A DNA stretch of 64,000 nt from an uncultured Planctomycetota bacterium (lineage in GTDB: Bacteria; Planctomycetota; PLA2; JAEUHO01): assembly GCA_963752285.1 (NCBI GenBank), contig CAVVXN010000005.1, positions 64,001 to 128,000 of the forward strand, read 5' to 3'. Made by a program: the position numbers and the translations under genes. Shown one piece after another: positions 28,210 to 37,662 of this stretch. The first letter of the stretch is position 1; each line of letters opens with the position of its first letter. The notes beneath the pieces were generated by a model, which did no database searches, was not told where the DNA came from, and saw nothing but the letters and a program-made list of their open reading frames with translations.

Positions 28210-29461
28210 GCGAGAGGTACACGCGCTGGACCTCGTTCCCCACGAGCACCTTCCCGAGCGGGACGAGGCGGGAGGCGCCGAGGGGGAACGTCCCGGTCAA
28301 CACCTGCGTCTCCGGCAGGTCGATCACGACGCGGGGACCGTTCGGGAGCTCCGTGGTGAACGGCTGCGTGTCGCGCGTGTGGCGCCACGACACGGAGAGC
28401 TCCGGGCCGGACGCGCCCAGCACCACCTCGGCGCGCGCGCCCGTCACGAGCGTGGCCACGACCGGCACGTAGACGCGCGGCGCGCCCTTCGACGGCTCCT
28501 TGGACTCTTTGTCCACCGCGTCGTAGTCCTGCAGGTACGCGCGCTCGAGGAGCTCGGCCCTCCGCGTCCCGACGACGGGCGACGGCGGGAGATCGAGGGT
28601 CGCCACGACGACCGGCGCCGCGGCACGATGCTCCGGCGCGCGGACGATCCGGAGCCGCGGGTGCGTTCCCGCGCCGGGCGCGTCGGAGAGTGCCGCGGCC
28701 ATCGCCGCGAGGTCCGGCACGCGCAAGGGATCCCATCCCAGCGCGTCGGGACGACTCTCCGGGCCCGCCGCCTCCGGCTCGGTGGAGGGCTCGGGCTCCT
28801 CGCTCGGCAGGGGTTTCGGGGCGGGCGCGCGGACGTCCCCGACCTCGTGGACCGTCACCCGGACGCGGCAGGCCGGTTCGCGGCCGCGCGCGGGGAGGAC
28901 TCCGAGATCGATCTCGCGATCGAGCGGGACGCGCGTCGCCCCGACGAGGTCCGAGACGTCGATCCGGGGGAGCTGGATCCTCCCCGGAGCGCTCTCCGCG
29001 ACGAGCCGCACCTCGCGCTCGGGGATCGGCGTGTTCAGCTTCGTGCGGAGGACGTGGAAGGCGAGGCGCGCGTGACCGTCCGGCGTCGCGGTCGGCATCA
29101 CGAGCGACTCGATCTCGACGCCCTCCGCGAGGGTGCCGATCACCGGGTCCGCGATCAGGGCGCCTTCGGTGACCTCGGCGTCGAACGTCTGGATGAACGA
29201 CGTCTCGTCCCCGACGCTCGCCGTGGCCAGGTCCGAAGGTCGGACGAGCACGCGGGGCGCCTGGATGACACGGGCATCGACACCCTCCGCGACGAGCTTC
29301 CAGTCGAGGAAGTAGGCCCCTTCGGTTCCGAGCGCCGCCGCCATGGGCAGCGGAGCAGGTTGCGCCTCCGCGCGCGGCGCGGGCGCCCTCGCGACGGGTG
29401 ACGTCCGACAGCCGGTCGCGGTGAGGACGAGGAGAACGGAGACGAGGGGGGTGACGCGCAT
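28196..29461 (-). CDS. Lipoprotein with two secretin-C-terminal-like segments
   Basis: Lipobox TATGC; APRVLV..ATASVGDETSFIQTFDAEV..IADPVIGTLAEG..IQLPRI, and a second copy AYLQDYDAV..VPVVATLVTG..IDLPE; GGAGG SD. Confidence 0.55.
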   Translation of the reverse strand: MRVTPLVSVLLVLTATGCRTSPVARAPAPRAEAQPAPLPMAAALGTEGAYFLDWKLVAEGVDARVIQAPRVLVRPSDLATASVGDETSFIQTFDAEVTEGALIADPVIGTLAEGVEIESLVMPTATPDGHARLAFHVLRTKLNTPIPEREVRLVAESAPGRIQLPRIDVSDLVGATRVPLDREIDLGVLPARGREPACRVRVTVHEVGDVRAPAPKPLPSEEPEPSTEPEAAGPESRPDALGWDPLRVPDLAAMAAALSDAPGAGTHPRLRIVRAPEHRAAAPVVVATLDLPPSPVVGTRRAELLERAYLQDYDAVDKESKEPSKGAPRVYVPVVATLVTGARAEVVLGASGPELSVSWRHTRDTQPFTTELPNGPRVVIDLPETQVLTGTFPLGASRLVPLGKVLVGNEVQRVYLSLTYE

Positions 29462-29659
29462 GCCGATCCTCCGCCTCGATCCTCGCTCTACCCCGATCAT
29501 CGAGGGGTCACTCGCGGGTCACGTCTCCGTGCGCGCCTCGCTTCGACCCCGGGCGAGCCTGTGGGCCGGACGGCGGGCGTGGGCGACCTCGACCGCGCCC
29601 GTTCGCGCGGCTACGGTGCTCCCCCCGCTTCCTCGGAAGCCCGACCTGGAGGACCGCCC

Positions 29660-30853
29660 CTGCGACGTGCCCTCGACTGGATCCGCGACTTCCTGCGCCT
29701 GGAAGCCGCCGGCGGCCTGCTCCTCCTCGGCGCCGCGGCGCTGGCGCTCCTGGCGGCGAACTCGCCCCTCGCCCACCTCTACGAACGGCTCCTCGACACG
29801 CCGTTCGAGATCCGGCTCGGCTCGCTCGCGCTCGCGAAGCCGCTGCTGCTCTGGATCGACGACGGCTTGATGGCGGTGTTCTTCCTGCTGGTGGGCCTCG
29901 AGATCAAGCGGGAGATCCTGGAGGGCGAGCTCTCTTCGTGGAACCAGGCGTCGCTCCCGCTCTTCGCCGCGATCGGAGGGATGCTCGCGCCGGCGCTCGT
30001 CTACTCGCTCGTGAACGCGGGCCACCCCGAGACCGCCGGCGGGTGGGCGATCCCCGCGGCGACGGACATCGCGTTCGCCCTCGGCATCCTCTCCCTGGCC
30101 GGCAAGGGAGTTTCGTCCTCGCTCAAGGTCTTCCTCCTCGCGCTCGCGATCATCGACGACCTCGGCGCGATCGTGATCATCGCCGTCCTGTACACGTCGG
30201 ACCTGTCGCTCGTCTCGCTGGTCCTCGCGGGCGTCGGTCTCGGGGGCCTGTTCGTCCTCAACCGGCGCGGAGTCGTCCGGATCGCTCCGTACATGCTCGT
30301 CGGCGTGTTCATCTGGGTGTGCGTCCTCGAGTCGGGCGTGCACGCGACGCTCGCGGGCGTCGCCGTCGCGTTCTTCATCCCTCTCCGCACGAAGGGCGAC
30401 GCTCCGTCCCCGCTCCGGCACCTCGAGCGCGCGCTCCATCCCTGGGTGGCGTTCGGCATCATGCCTCTCTTCGCGTTCGCGAACGCGGGCGTCTCGTTCG
30501 CCGGGATGTCGCTCTCGAGCTTCGCGGCGCCGCTTCCGCTCGGCATCGCCGCGGGTCTCTTCGTCGGGAAGCAGCTCGGCGTGTTCGGCGCCTCGTTCCT
30601 CGTCGTGAAGATCGGGCTCTGCCGACTGCCCGAGGCCGTGCGCTGGCGCCAGCTCTACGGCGTGGCGCTCCTGACCGGCATCGGGTTCACGATGAGCCTC
30701 TTCATCGGGAGCCTCGCGTTCGAGTCCGCCCACCTCGAGGGCCCGGTCCGGGTGGGCGTCCTCTCGGGCACGCTCCTCTCCGCGCTCGCGGGCTCCGGCG
30801 TCCTGTGGCTCGTCACCCGCCGAGGCGGCGACGCCGACCCCGCTCCGGCGTAG
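29660..30853 (+). CDS. nhaA: Na+/H+ antiporter NhaA (probable CTG start)
   Basis: FLRLEAAGG, GLEIKRE, GWAIPAATDIAFALG, AIIDDLG, SGVHAT, FAFANAG, GKQLG, GIGFTMSLFI; GGAGG (29648-52) 7 nt before CTG 29660. Alternative start GTG 29561. Confidence 0.93.
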   Translation: MRRALDWIRDFLRLEAAGGLLLLGAAALALLAANSPLAHLYERLLDTPFEIRLGSLALAKPLLLWIDDGLMAVFFLLVGLEIKREILEGELSSWNQASLPLFAAIGGMLAPALVYSLVNAGHPETAGGWAIPAATDIAFALGILSLAGKGVSSSLKVFLLALAIIDDLGAIVIIAVLYTSDLSLVSLVLAGVGLGGLFVLNRRGVVRIAPYMLVGVFIWVCVLESGVHATLAGVAVAFFIPLRTKGDAPSPLRHLERALHPWVAFGIMPLFAFANAGVSFAGMSLSSFAAPLPLGIAAGLFVGKQLGVFGASFLVVKIGLCRLPEAVRWRQLYGVALLTGIGFTMSLFIGSLAFESAHLEGPVRVGVLSGTLLSALAGSGVLWLVTRRGGDADPAPA

Positions 30854-30860
30854 GCCGTCC

Positions 30861-32852
30861 TCACCGCCCGGGCTCGTCCCGCCACACCGGGTCGTCGGGC
30901 TTCCCGTGTCGATCGAGCCAGCGAAAGACCGCGTCGAGCTCGTCCCGGGGCACCGCGAGGCTCGGCGAGGGGAAGTCGGAGCCCCGCCCGGGCCGGACGA
31001 TCCGCGTCAGCGCGACGCAGGCGTCCTTCAGACAGTCGTCGACGGTCGACGTGCGGGTCCCCAGGCTCTGGAGCGGGGCGAGCGCCGTGCGGAGACGCGC
31101 CGCGGTCGCGAGGCGCGCAGCGCCGTCGAGGTCGTTCATCGCGCCGAGGGTCGTGAGCGCCGCGGAGATCCGGGGCCACTCGCTCGCCGCTCCCGCCACG
31201 CCGCGCGTGGCGAGCCACGCCTCGAGCGCCGGCGCCCCGAGCCGCCGGAGCGTCTCCATCGCCTCCGAGCACCACGCGAACTGGAAGGCGTCGGGCGACG
31301 AGGGCGTGTCCTCGAGGGCGAGGATCCGCTCCATGAGGGCCGCCGAGACGCGGCGATCCGTCGCCGCGAGCACGCGGAGGCACGACAGCGCGATCGCCCG
31401 ACGTAGCTCGCGGTCGCGCAGCGTGGAGCCGAGGTGGAGCGTGCACCCCCGGAGGAGGAGCTCTTCCGCGCGGAGGCACCAGGCGTCGTGCTCCGCGGAG
31501 AGGGGCGCGCCCTTCGGACGGTACGTCGGGTACGTTCGCTCCACGAACCGGAGCGCGTCGAGCGTGGCGTCGAGCGCCGCGACGGCGGGCTTCTCGAGCT
31601 GGACCTCGATCCGGTCGAGGAACGGGTTCGCCGACGCGAGGGGGAGGGCCGCCGGCGGGGGCACCTCCTCCGGCGCCGGAGGCGGCCCCGTCGTGTCGCG
31701 CGGCGTGACGGTGGGGGGACCGTCCGGGTCGCGCGGGGTGATCGGCCGGTACACGGACGCCGCGCGCAGGAGGAACAGGAGGGCGAACGACGAGTCGAGC
31801 GTGTCCGTGACCACGATCGCGCCCGGGGGGACGTCGCGTCCGCCCGCCCCCGCGGCGCTCCAGAGGCCGTCCTTCGCCTGCGCCGCCAGGAGCCACCGGG
31901 CTCCGTCCCGGTACCACGCCACGCCGCCGACCTCCTCTTCCCCCAGGAACACGCACGCCTTCTCGAGCGCGAAGAGCCGGTAGTACGCGTAGACCGCGCC
32001 CATGGGGTGGGCGCCGCCCGGCACCGCGAGCGTCCACTGGACGTGACGCCGGAGCGCGGCCTCGCCCCGCGCCCGCGCGACGAGAACCCGCGCGCGGGCC
32101 TCGGGCGACCCACGGAGCGGCTCGGCCAGCGCCTGCTCGGCGAGGAGCACGTCCGCGAGACCCATGAACGTGCCCGTCGGGTATGCGTCGAGCTGGGCGG
32201 CCGCCGGCGCGCCCGGCAGGTAGTAGCCCCAGGAGCCGTCCTCGTTCTGCGCGCGCAAGAGCGTCTCGAGGTGACGGTCCCAGGCGTCGCGCGCGAGCGG
32301 CGTGTCGAACCGCTCCGCCGCCCAGAGGCCCAGGGCGGCGAACTGGGAGGTCGAGAGGTTCGCCGGGGGCGTCCCGCCCTTGGGCTCGTAGTCCCAGTAG
32401 CCGCCGCTCCGTCGCGGACCGAAGGCGAGCTGGTCGTGGATCTGCCGCAGGACCTTCGGGTGGCTCCGGTCCGCGGCGAGGAGCATCGCGGTGATCCCCG
32501 CCTCGTACGTGCGGCGGAGCACGTCGGCGCCGTGCCAGCGCAGGATCCAGTTCAGTGCGCGGTGCGAAGCCTCGGTGCCGTCCGGCGTCCCGGTGTGGCG
32601 GAGCGCGAGCGCCGCGAGCGCGGTGTATCCGAGGTTCTCCGCGAAGCTCCCGTCCTTCGACTGCCGGGCCCGGAGCGCGAAGATCCCCCGGCGGATCGCC
32701 TGGTGGATCTGCTCTCGGAGCGCCGGGTCCACGCCCGCGGTCTTGAGGCGGATCTCGGTCTCGTCGTAGCCGTCGGCGCGGGCGCCGGGCATCCGGGTCC
32801 AGCCGATCCCGAGGAGGACGACGCACCCGAGCCAGGCTGCGGATCGACGCAT
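30861..32852 (-). CDS. Secreted prenyltransferase/squalene-oxidase-repeat (alpha/alpha toroid) protein
   Basis: Signal peptide; AIRRGIFALRARQSKDGSF, WDY..NLSTSQFAALGL, AQNEDGSWGY, WYRDGARWLLAAQAKDGLW, SFALLFL. Confidence 0.8.
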   Translation of the reverse strand: MRRSAAWLGCVVLLGIGWTRMPGARADGYDETEIRLKTAGVDPALREQIHQAIRRGIFALRARQSKDGSFAENLGYTALAALALRHTGTPDGTEASHRALNWILRWHGADVLRRTYEAGITAMLLAADRSHPKVLRQIHDQLAFGPRRSGGYWDYEPKGGTPPANLSTSQFAALGLWAAERFDTPLARDAWDRHLETLLRAQNEDGSWGYYLPGAPAAAQLDAYPTGTFMGLADVLLAEQALAEPLRGSPEARARVLVARARGEAALRRHVQWTLAVPGGAHPMGAVYAYYRLFALEKACVFLGEEEVGGVAWYRDGARWLLAAQAKDGLWSAAGAGGRDVPPGAIVVTDTLDSSFALLFLLRAASVYRPITPRDPDGPPTVTPRDTTGPPPAPEEVPPPAALPLASANPFLDRIEVQLEKPAVAALDATLDALRFVERTYPTYRPKGAPLSAEHDAWCLRAEELLLRGCTLHLGSTLRDRELRRAIALSCLRVLAATDRRVSAALMERILALEDTPSSPDAFQFAWCSEAMETLRRLGAPALEAWLATRGVAGAASEWPRISAALTTLGAMNDLDGAARLATAARLRTALAPLQSLGTRTSTVDDCLKDACVALTRIVRPGRGSDFPSPSLAVPRDELDAVFRWLDRHGKPDDPVWRDEPGR

Positions 32853-32974
32853 CCGCCCTCCCGACGCCGGCCGGCTCCGGCGGGGGAGCGGCGAGGCGTC
32901 GAGGCTGGGAACGCAGGGCCTTCGCCGTCGCCACCGCCGCGTCGCGAACGCCCGGATCCGCCGCGCGGGTCCGG

Positions 32975-34255
32975 TCACGCGACCTCGAGGCCGGAGGGGA
33001 CGCCCCGCGCGAGGTAGAGCGCGGGCGCCAGGCGGTCCCGGACGCGGGGTCCCGAGACCGCCCGTCCGGCCAGCGCGACTCCCCGGTCGCCGAGGCGCGC
33101 GGCGATCGCGGCGAGGCGGGCGCGGCGACCGGGGACGGGCGGATGGAGGTCCGCGCCCCGCCGGACCGTCGCCTCGCGCGGCCGGACGGGTCGGCCGATC
33201 GCGCGCGAGAGGTCCGCGATCGCGGCCTCCTTCCAGATCGGCGACGCGAGGTCCACCGCCGGCCGATCGGGGTCGCCGCCGTAGTGCAGGTCCACGACCG
33301 CCTCGTCGGGCGCGGTCGCCGCGGCGTCGAGGTTGGAGCGGACGACCGCGACGTTGGCGCGAGCGCGCGCGTCGGTCGCGAAGAGGAGACCGCGCACGGG
33401 GGGGAGACGCCTCGCGTCGGGGGGGCCGAGGCGGAGCGTGACCCAGAGGGTCGGTGCGGTCTCGATCGCGCGGAGCTCCTGGGCGGCGAGCGGGTCCAGG
33501 TCGTCGAGGAGTCGCGCCGCGTCGCGCGGGCCGAGCGCGAGGACCACCCGGCGCGCGACGAGGACCGAGTCGTCGGCGAAGTGAACGCGGGGGCAACCCG
33601 GCTCGGCCTCCGGCGCGGCCGAGAGGGAGCGCGCCGACACGTCGATCACCACGTCCACCCGAGGGACCGCCGCGCGGAGCGCCGACCCGAGCGCCGCCTC
33701 TCCGCCTTGGACGAGGCGCACGGCCGGGTCCTCGAGCGGGTGCACGAGGAGCGCGTTCGCCGCGCGGACGCCGCCCCGCGCGTGCGCGGCGACGACGTCG
33801 GGGAGCGCGTCGGCCGCGCCCAGCGCCGCCGCGCGCGGTCCGTAGATCGCGCGTGCGAGCGGGTGGAGCCACGCGCGCGCGTACGCGGGCCGGAAGGCGC
33901 GGTCCGCGAACGTCCCGAGCGTCTCGGGACGCCCGGCGCGGTCGCGACGTGCCCGCGCGAGGGGCACGCCGACCGGTTCCGCCAGCGGGGCGAGGCCCCG
34001 TCGGCGCACGACGAGCACGGGCCCGATCCCCTCGCGAGGGGTGGCGAACGGTGGGGGGCTCGGAAGCCCCGCGAGGAGGGCCTGGACCCTCGGGTCGCCC
34101 GTCTCGAGGAGGCAGGGGCAGTCGGCGCCGTCCCCGGTCGAGAGCGCGTCGTCTCCCGGAACGGAGACCAGACGGTCGGGACGCGCGGCGAGCGCCGCGG
34201 CCCAGCCGGCGAGGTCGTCGCCGATCACGACCCGGTCGGGGATCTCGTCCTCCAT
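32975..34255 (-). CDS. Divergent protoporphyrinogen oxidase (HemY)-like flavoprotein with degenerate FAD motif
   Basis: ETLGTFADRAF..WLHPLARAIYG..L.A..ALP, GG..L..AL, ARRVVLALG..AARLL, YGG.PD; N-terminal VIGDDLAG where GxGxxG is expected. Confidence 0.55.
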   Translation of the reverse strand: MEDEIPDRVVIGDDLAGWAAALAARPDRLVSVPGDDALSTGDGADCPCLLETGDPRVQALLAGLPSPPPFATPREGIGPVLVVRRRGLAPLAEPVGVPLARARRDRAGRPETLGTFADRAFRPAYARAWLHPLARAIYGPRAAALGAADALPDVVAAHARGGVRAANALLVHPLEDPAVRLVQGGEAALGSALRAAVPRVDVVIDVSARSLSAAPEAEPGCPRVHFADDSVLVARRVVLALGPRDAARLLDDLDPLAAQELRAIETAPTLWVTLRLGPPDARRLPPVRGLLFATDARARANVAVVRSNLDAAATAPDEAVVDLHYGGDPDRPAVDLASPIWKEAAIADLSRAIGRPVRPREATVRRGADLHPPVPGRRARLAAIAARLGDRGVALAGRAVSGPRVRDRLAPALYLARGVPSGLEVA

Positions 34256-34314
34256 GTCGCGAGCGTAACCGCCCGGCGGCTACACTGGTCGCGGAAGCAC
34301 CTCGGGAGAAGGTG

Positions 34315-36258
34315 ATGACGGGTACGTCGGGGATGACGGCTCTCGTGGGCGGTCTCGTGCTCGTGGGGGTGGGGTTCGGCGTGGGGTACGTCGTCGGAGG
34401 AGGCGGCCCGGCGGTCCCCGTGACGGGCACGGCGCTCGATCGACCCGCGGCCTCGGGGCCGTCGGTCCCGCCGCTCGCGAAGCTCGAGGGGGCGCCGGTT
34501 CCCGCAGCGCGCCTGGAGAGCGAGCGCGCCGCAGCGGTCGAGAGCCTCCGCCACGTGCTCGACGCGCTGCCTTTGCCCGAGGTCGAGAGAGGAACCGGGG
34601 TCATCACGGGGACGATCCTCACCGACGAGGGCGCACCCCTCGCGGGCGTCGAGGTCTCCGCGGTCCCCTCGTCGATGCCCGACGACCTCCAGCGGGGGCG
34701 TCCTCCGAACGACGGCGACGACCCGGACGTCGCGACGTCGGTTCGGTGGTACGTGGAGATGCTCCGCTGGCGGAAGCTCGCGCGCGTCGCGACGAGCACC
34801 GGCGCGGACGGTCGCTATCGTGTCGAGGGACTCCTCGACGCGCCCCAGGGCGTGCGGGCGAAGCTCGAAGGCTGGACCTTCCGGGCCAACACGCAGAACA
34901 CCTGGAAGGTCCGCCCGGGCGAGACCGTGGACTTCGTCGCGTCGCGGAGCTGGAGCCTGCGACTGGACCTCCGGCTGCCGAACGGGACGCAGCCGAGGTC
35001 CGCGACCGTGACGTATCGGACCGGCTCGGGGAGCAGCGGCATGGGATGGAGCCCCGAGCGTCCGACCTGGGACGTGGCGCCGGGGTCGTACGAGATCACG
35101 GCCGCGGCCGGAGACGCCCAGGAGTTCCAGTCGAAACCCGTCACGGTGACGGTGCCCCCCGAGGGCCCGGCCCCCGAGGTCCGGATCGACCTCGAGGGCC
35201 ATCCGGTGCTCCAGGGCCGGATCGTCTGGCCGCCGGGAGAGCGCGTTTCGAGCGCCCGCGTGCGGATCGTCCGGATCCCCGCCGGGAAGGCCGCCGATCC
35301 CGCGCTCCTCGCCTCGAGCGGGCAGGACCGCACGGTGTACAACGGCGACGCCTTCACCTTCGCGGACCTCCCGCCCGGAAGGTATCTCGTCGGGGTCACT
35401 CGGGGCTGGTCCGGCCCGCCGGCGGCGACGCAGGAGGTGGAGGTCGGGAACGGGATCACCGATGTCGACGTGAAGGTCCCTTCCCTCGCACCGGGCGAGT
35501 ACGTCCCCGTCCGAATCCTCGATCCGGACGGAAAGCCCGTCTCGAACGTGCAGATCACCGCGGGCTACCGCTCGAAGAACCGGAGCGGGTCGAGTGGCGC
35601 CATCGCGATCGATCGGCCGGGTGGGGAGAAGTGGGTGCTCACGGGCGTGGACGACCCGGACGTCGAGAAGGACGCGCGGTACTGGATCGCGGTGTCCAGT
35701 CCGGCCTACGGCACGAAGACCGTAGAGTACCAACCGGGCGCGACGGCTGCCGCCGAGGTGCGGTTCGAGGAGCCGGGGAAGGTGGACGTGGAGATCACGG
35801 GGCTTGCGGGGACGTCCTACGACGGCCGCGCGCGTGCGCACCTGGGACCGGCGCCCGGGGGTGACGTGCAGCGCGTCATGTCCATCTCGATCCCCGATCC
35901 CGGGCCGGACGGTCGGGTGACGCTCTCCGGAATCCAGCCCGGCGACTACGAACTCGTGCTCTCGCTGAGCTACGGTCGTGGGTCGTCTTCGACGATCGCG
36001 TCCAAGCCCCTGACCGTCCACTCCGGGCCGAATCGGGTCTCCATCGCGATGCCCGCGCTCTACGAGGTCACGATCGACGGCCTGGACCGGAACGCCTACG
36101 TCCGCCCGAAGGAGGGAAACCAGGGCGCGTTCCGGTCCCTCGAGGGGATGGACGGCCGCGCGGTCGTCGATGGTCTCCCGGCCGGCACGTACACGGTGCA
36201 GTCCGGAGCGAAGAAGTCGGACTTCACGGTGCCCGGCACGAGCACCGTCCATCTCTGA
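34315..36258 (+). CDS. Membrane-anchored protein with repeated carboxypeptidase-regulatory-like (beta-sandwich) domains
   Basis: N-terminal TM; ITGTILTDEGAPLAGVEV, TGADGRYRVEGL, FTFADLPPGRY, IQPGDYEL, GLPAGTYTV; SD GGGAG. Confidence 0.8.
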   Translation: MTGTSGMTALVGGLVLVGVGFGVGYVVGGGGPAVPVTGTALDRPAASGPSVPPLAKLEGAPVPAARLESERAAAVESLRHVLDALPLPEVERGTGVITGTILTDEGAPLAGVEVSAVPSSMPDDLQRGRPPNDGDDPDVATSVRWYVEMLRWRKLARVATSTGADGRYRVEGLLDAPQGVRAKLEGWTFRANTQNTWKVRPGETVDFVASRSWSLRLDLRLPNGTQPRSATVTYRTGSGSSGMGWSPERPTWDVAPGSYEITAAAGDAQEFQSKPVTVTVPPEGPAPEVRIDLEGHPVLQGRIVWPPGERVSSARVRIVRIPAGKAADPALLASSGQDRTVYNGDAFTFADLPPGRYLVGVTRGWSGPPAATQEVEVGNGITDVDVKVPSLAPGEYVPVRILDPDGKPVSNVQITAGYRSKNRSGSSGAIAIDRPGGEKWVLTGVDDPDVEKDARYWIAVSSPAYGTKTVEYQPGATAAAEVRFEEPGKVDVEITGLAGTSYDGRARAHLGPAPGGDVQRVMSISIPDPGPDGRVTLSGIQPGDYELVLSLSYGRGSSSTIASKPLTVHSGPNRVSIAMPALYEVTIDGLDRNAYVRPKEGNQGAFRSLEGMDGRAVVDGLPAGTYTVQSGAKKSDFTVPGTSTVHL

Positions 36259-36315
36259 GCCGTGCGGAGTCACGCGTTCTTCGTCCGCGGCCGTGGCACG
36301 CGACCGCGGCGCGGC

Positions 36316-37662
36316 TCACCCGTAGCGCGCCAGCTTGTTGTAGAGGGTCTTCAGCGCGATGCCGAGCTCGGCCGCCGCGGCGCGCTTGTCTCCGCCGTGC
36401 GCGTTCATGGCCTGGAGGACCGCGAGGCGCTCGAGGTCGTCGAGGCACAGGGTGGGGAGGCTCTCTCCTCGCATCTTCCGCCGCCGCGCGACCAGGTCGT
36501 GCACGTCCTGCGCGCTGATGCGGGGCGCGCGCGCGAGCGTCCGCAGTCGGATCAGCGCGTTCTCGAGCTCGCGGACGTTTCCGGGCCAGTCCAGCGCGCA
36601 AAGGGCGGCCTCCGCGTCGGGCGTCAGCTCGTGCGGATCGTCGGGCGCGTCCTGCTTCAGGAAGTGCTGCGCGAGGAGAGGGATGTCGTCCCGTCGCTCG
36701 CGCAAGGGCGGGACCTGCAGGATGATCGGAGACAGCCGGTAGTAGAGGTCCTCCCGAAACCGCTCCTCCTCGATCTCGTGCTCGAGGTCGCGGTGCGTCG
36801 CCGAGAGGATCCGCACGTCCACGTGCCGGGTGCGTTCCGATCCGACGGGACGGATCTCGCCGAACTGGAGCACGCGAAGGAGCGCCGGTTGGACCGGGAG
36901 CGGCAGCTCGCCGACCTCGTCCAGGAACAGCGTCCCTCCAGCGGCGGCCTCCAGGAGCCCCGGCCGCCGTCGGTGCGCGCCGGTGAACGCGCCGCGCTCG
37001 TGACCGAAGAGCTCGCTCTCGACCAGGCCGTCGGGGATCGCGCCGCAGTGGATCACCACGAACGCCTGCTGGGCGCGGGAGCTCTCCGCGTGGATCGCGC
37101 GGGCGACCAGCTCCTTCCCGGTTCCGCTCTCGCCCTGGACGAGGACCGAGGCCTCCGCCGGCGCCACGCGACGGATCTGCTCCCGCAGCGCCTCGATCTG
37201 GGGGCTCGAGCCCAGGATGCGCCGCACACCCTCGGGCCCGCCGCCGTCGTCCACGGCCGCGAGCCGCTCGAGGCCGCGCACGCGCGTGGCCAGCTCGTGT
37301 CGCTCGCACGCCCGGCCGAGGACCTGCTCGATCTGGTCGAGGGAGGCCGGCTTGGCGAGGAAGTCGTACGCACCCAGGCGGATCGCCTGCACCGCCTCCG
37401 GCACCGACCCGTGTCCCGTGAGCATCACGACCGGAAGGTCCTCGTCGAGCGCCCGCAGGCGGGCCAGCAGCTCCATGCCGCCCATCCCGGGCAGCCGAAG
37501 GTCCACGAGCGCGACGTCGGGCGCCCATTCGCGGAGCGCGTCCTCCACTCCGTTCGCGTCGGGCAGGGAGCAGACCTTGTAGCCGAACCCTTCGATCTCC
37601 TTGTGGAGGACCCGGCGGAGCGTGTCGTCGTCGTCCACCAGCAGGACCAGTCGTTTCGTCAT
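36316..37662 (-). CDS. Sigma54-dependent response regulator (NtrC/ZraR family)
   Basis: Receiver (LLVDDD, DLRLPGMGG, LTGHG, AKP), GESGTGKE, GAFTGA, LFLDEVGEL, WPGNVRELEN, Fis-type HTH. Confidence 0.95.
   Translation of the reverse strand: MTKRLVLLVDDDDTLRRVLHKEIEGFGYKVCSLPDANGVEDALREWAPDVALVDLRLPGMGGMELLARLRALDEDLPVVMLTGHGSVPEAVQAIRLGAYDFLAKPASLDQIEQVLGRACERHELATRVRGLERLAAVDDGGGPEGVRRILGSSPQIEALREQIRRVAPAEASVLVQGESGTGKELVARAIHAESSRAQQAFVVIHCGAIPDGLVESELFGHERGAFTGAHRRRPGLLEAAAGGTLFLDEVGELPLPVQPALLRVLQFGEIRPVGSERTRHVDVRILSATHRDLEHEIEEERFREDLYYRLSPIILQVPPLRERRDDIPLLAQHFLKQDAPDDPHELTPDAEAALCALDWPGNVRELENALIRLRTLARAPRISAQDVHDLVARRRKMRGESLPTLCLDDLERLAVLQAMNAHGGDKRAAAAELGIALKTLYNKLARYG

Noticed and set aside
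30861..32852. Squalene-hopene cyclase linked to the HpnO-like/MMPL cluster
   Set aside because: It has a signal peptide, a single toroid and no DXDD motif, and lies several genes away from the cluster.
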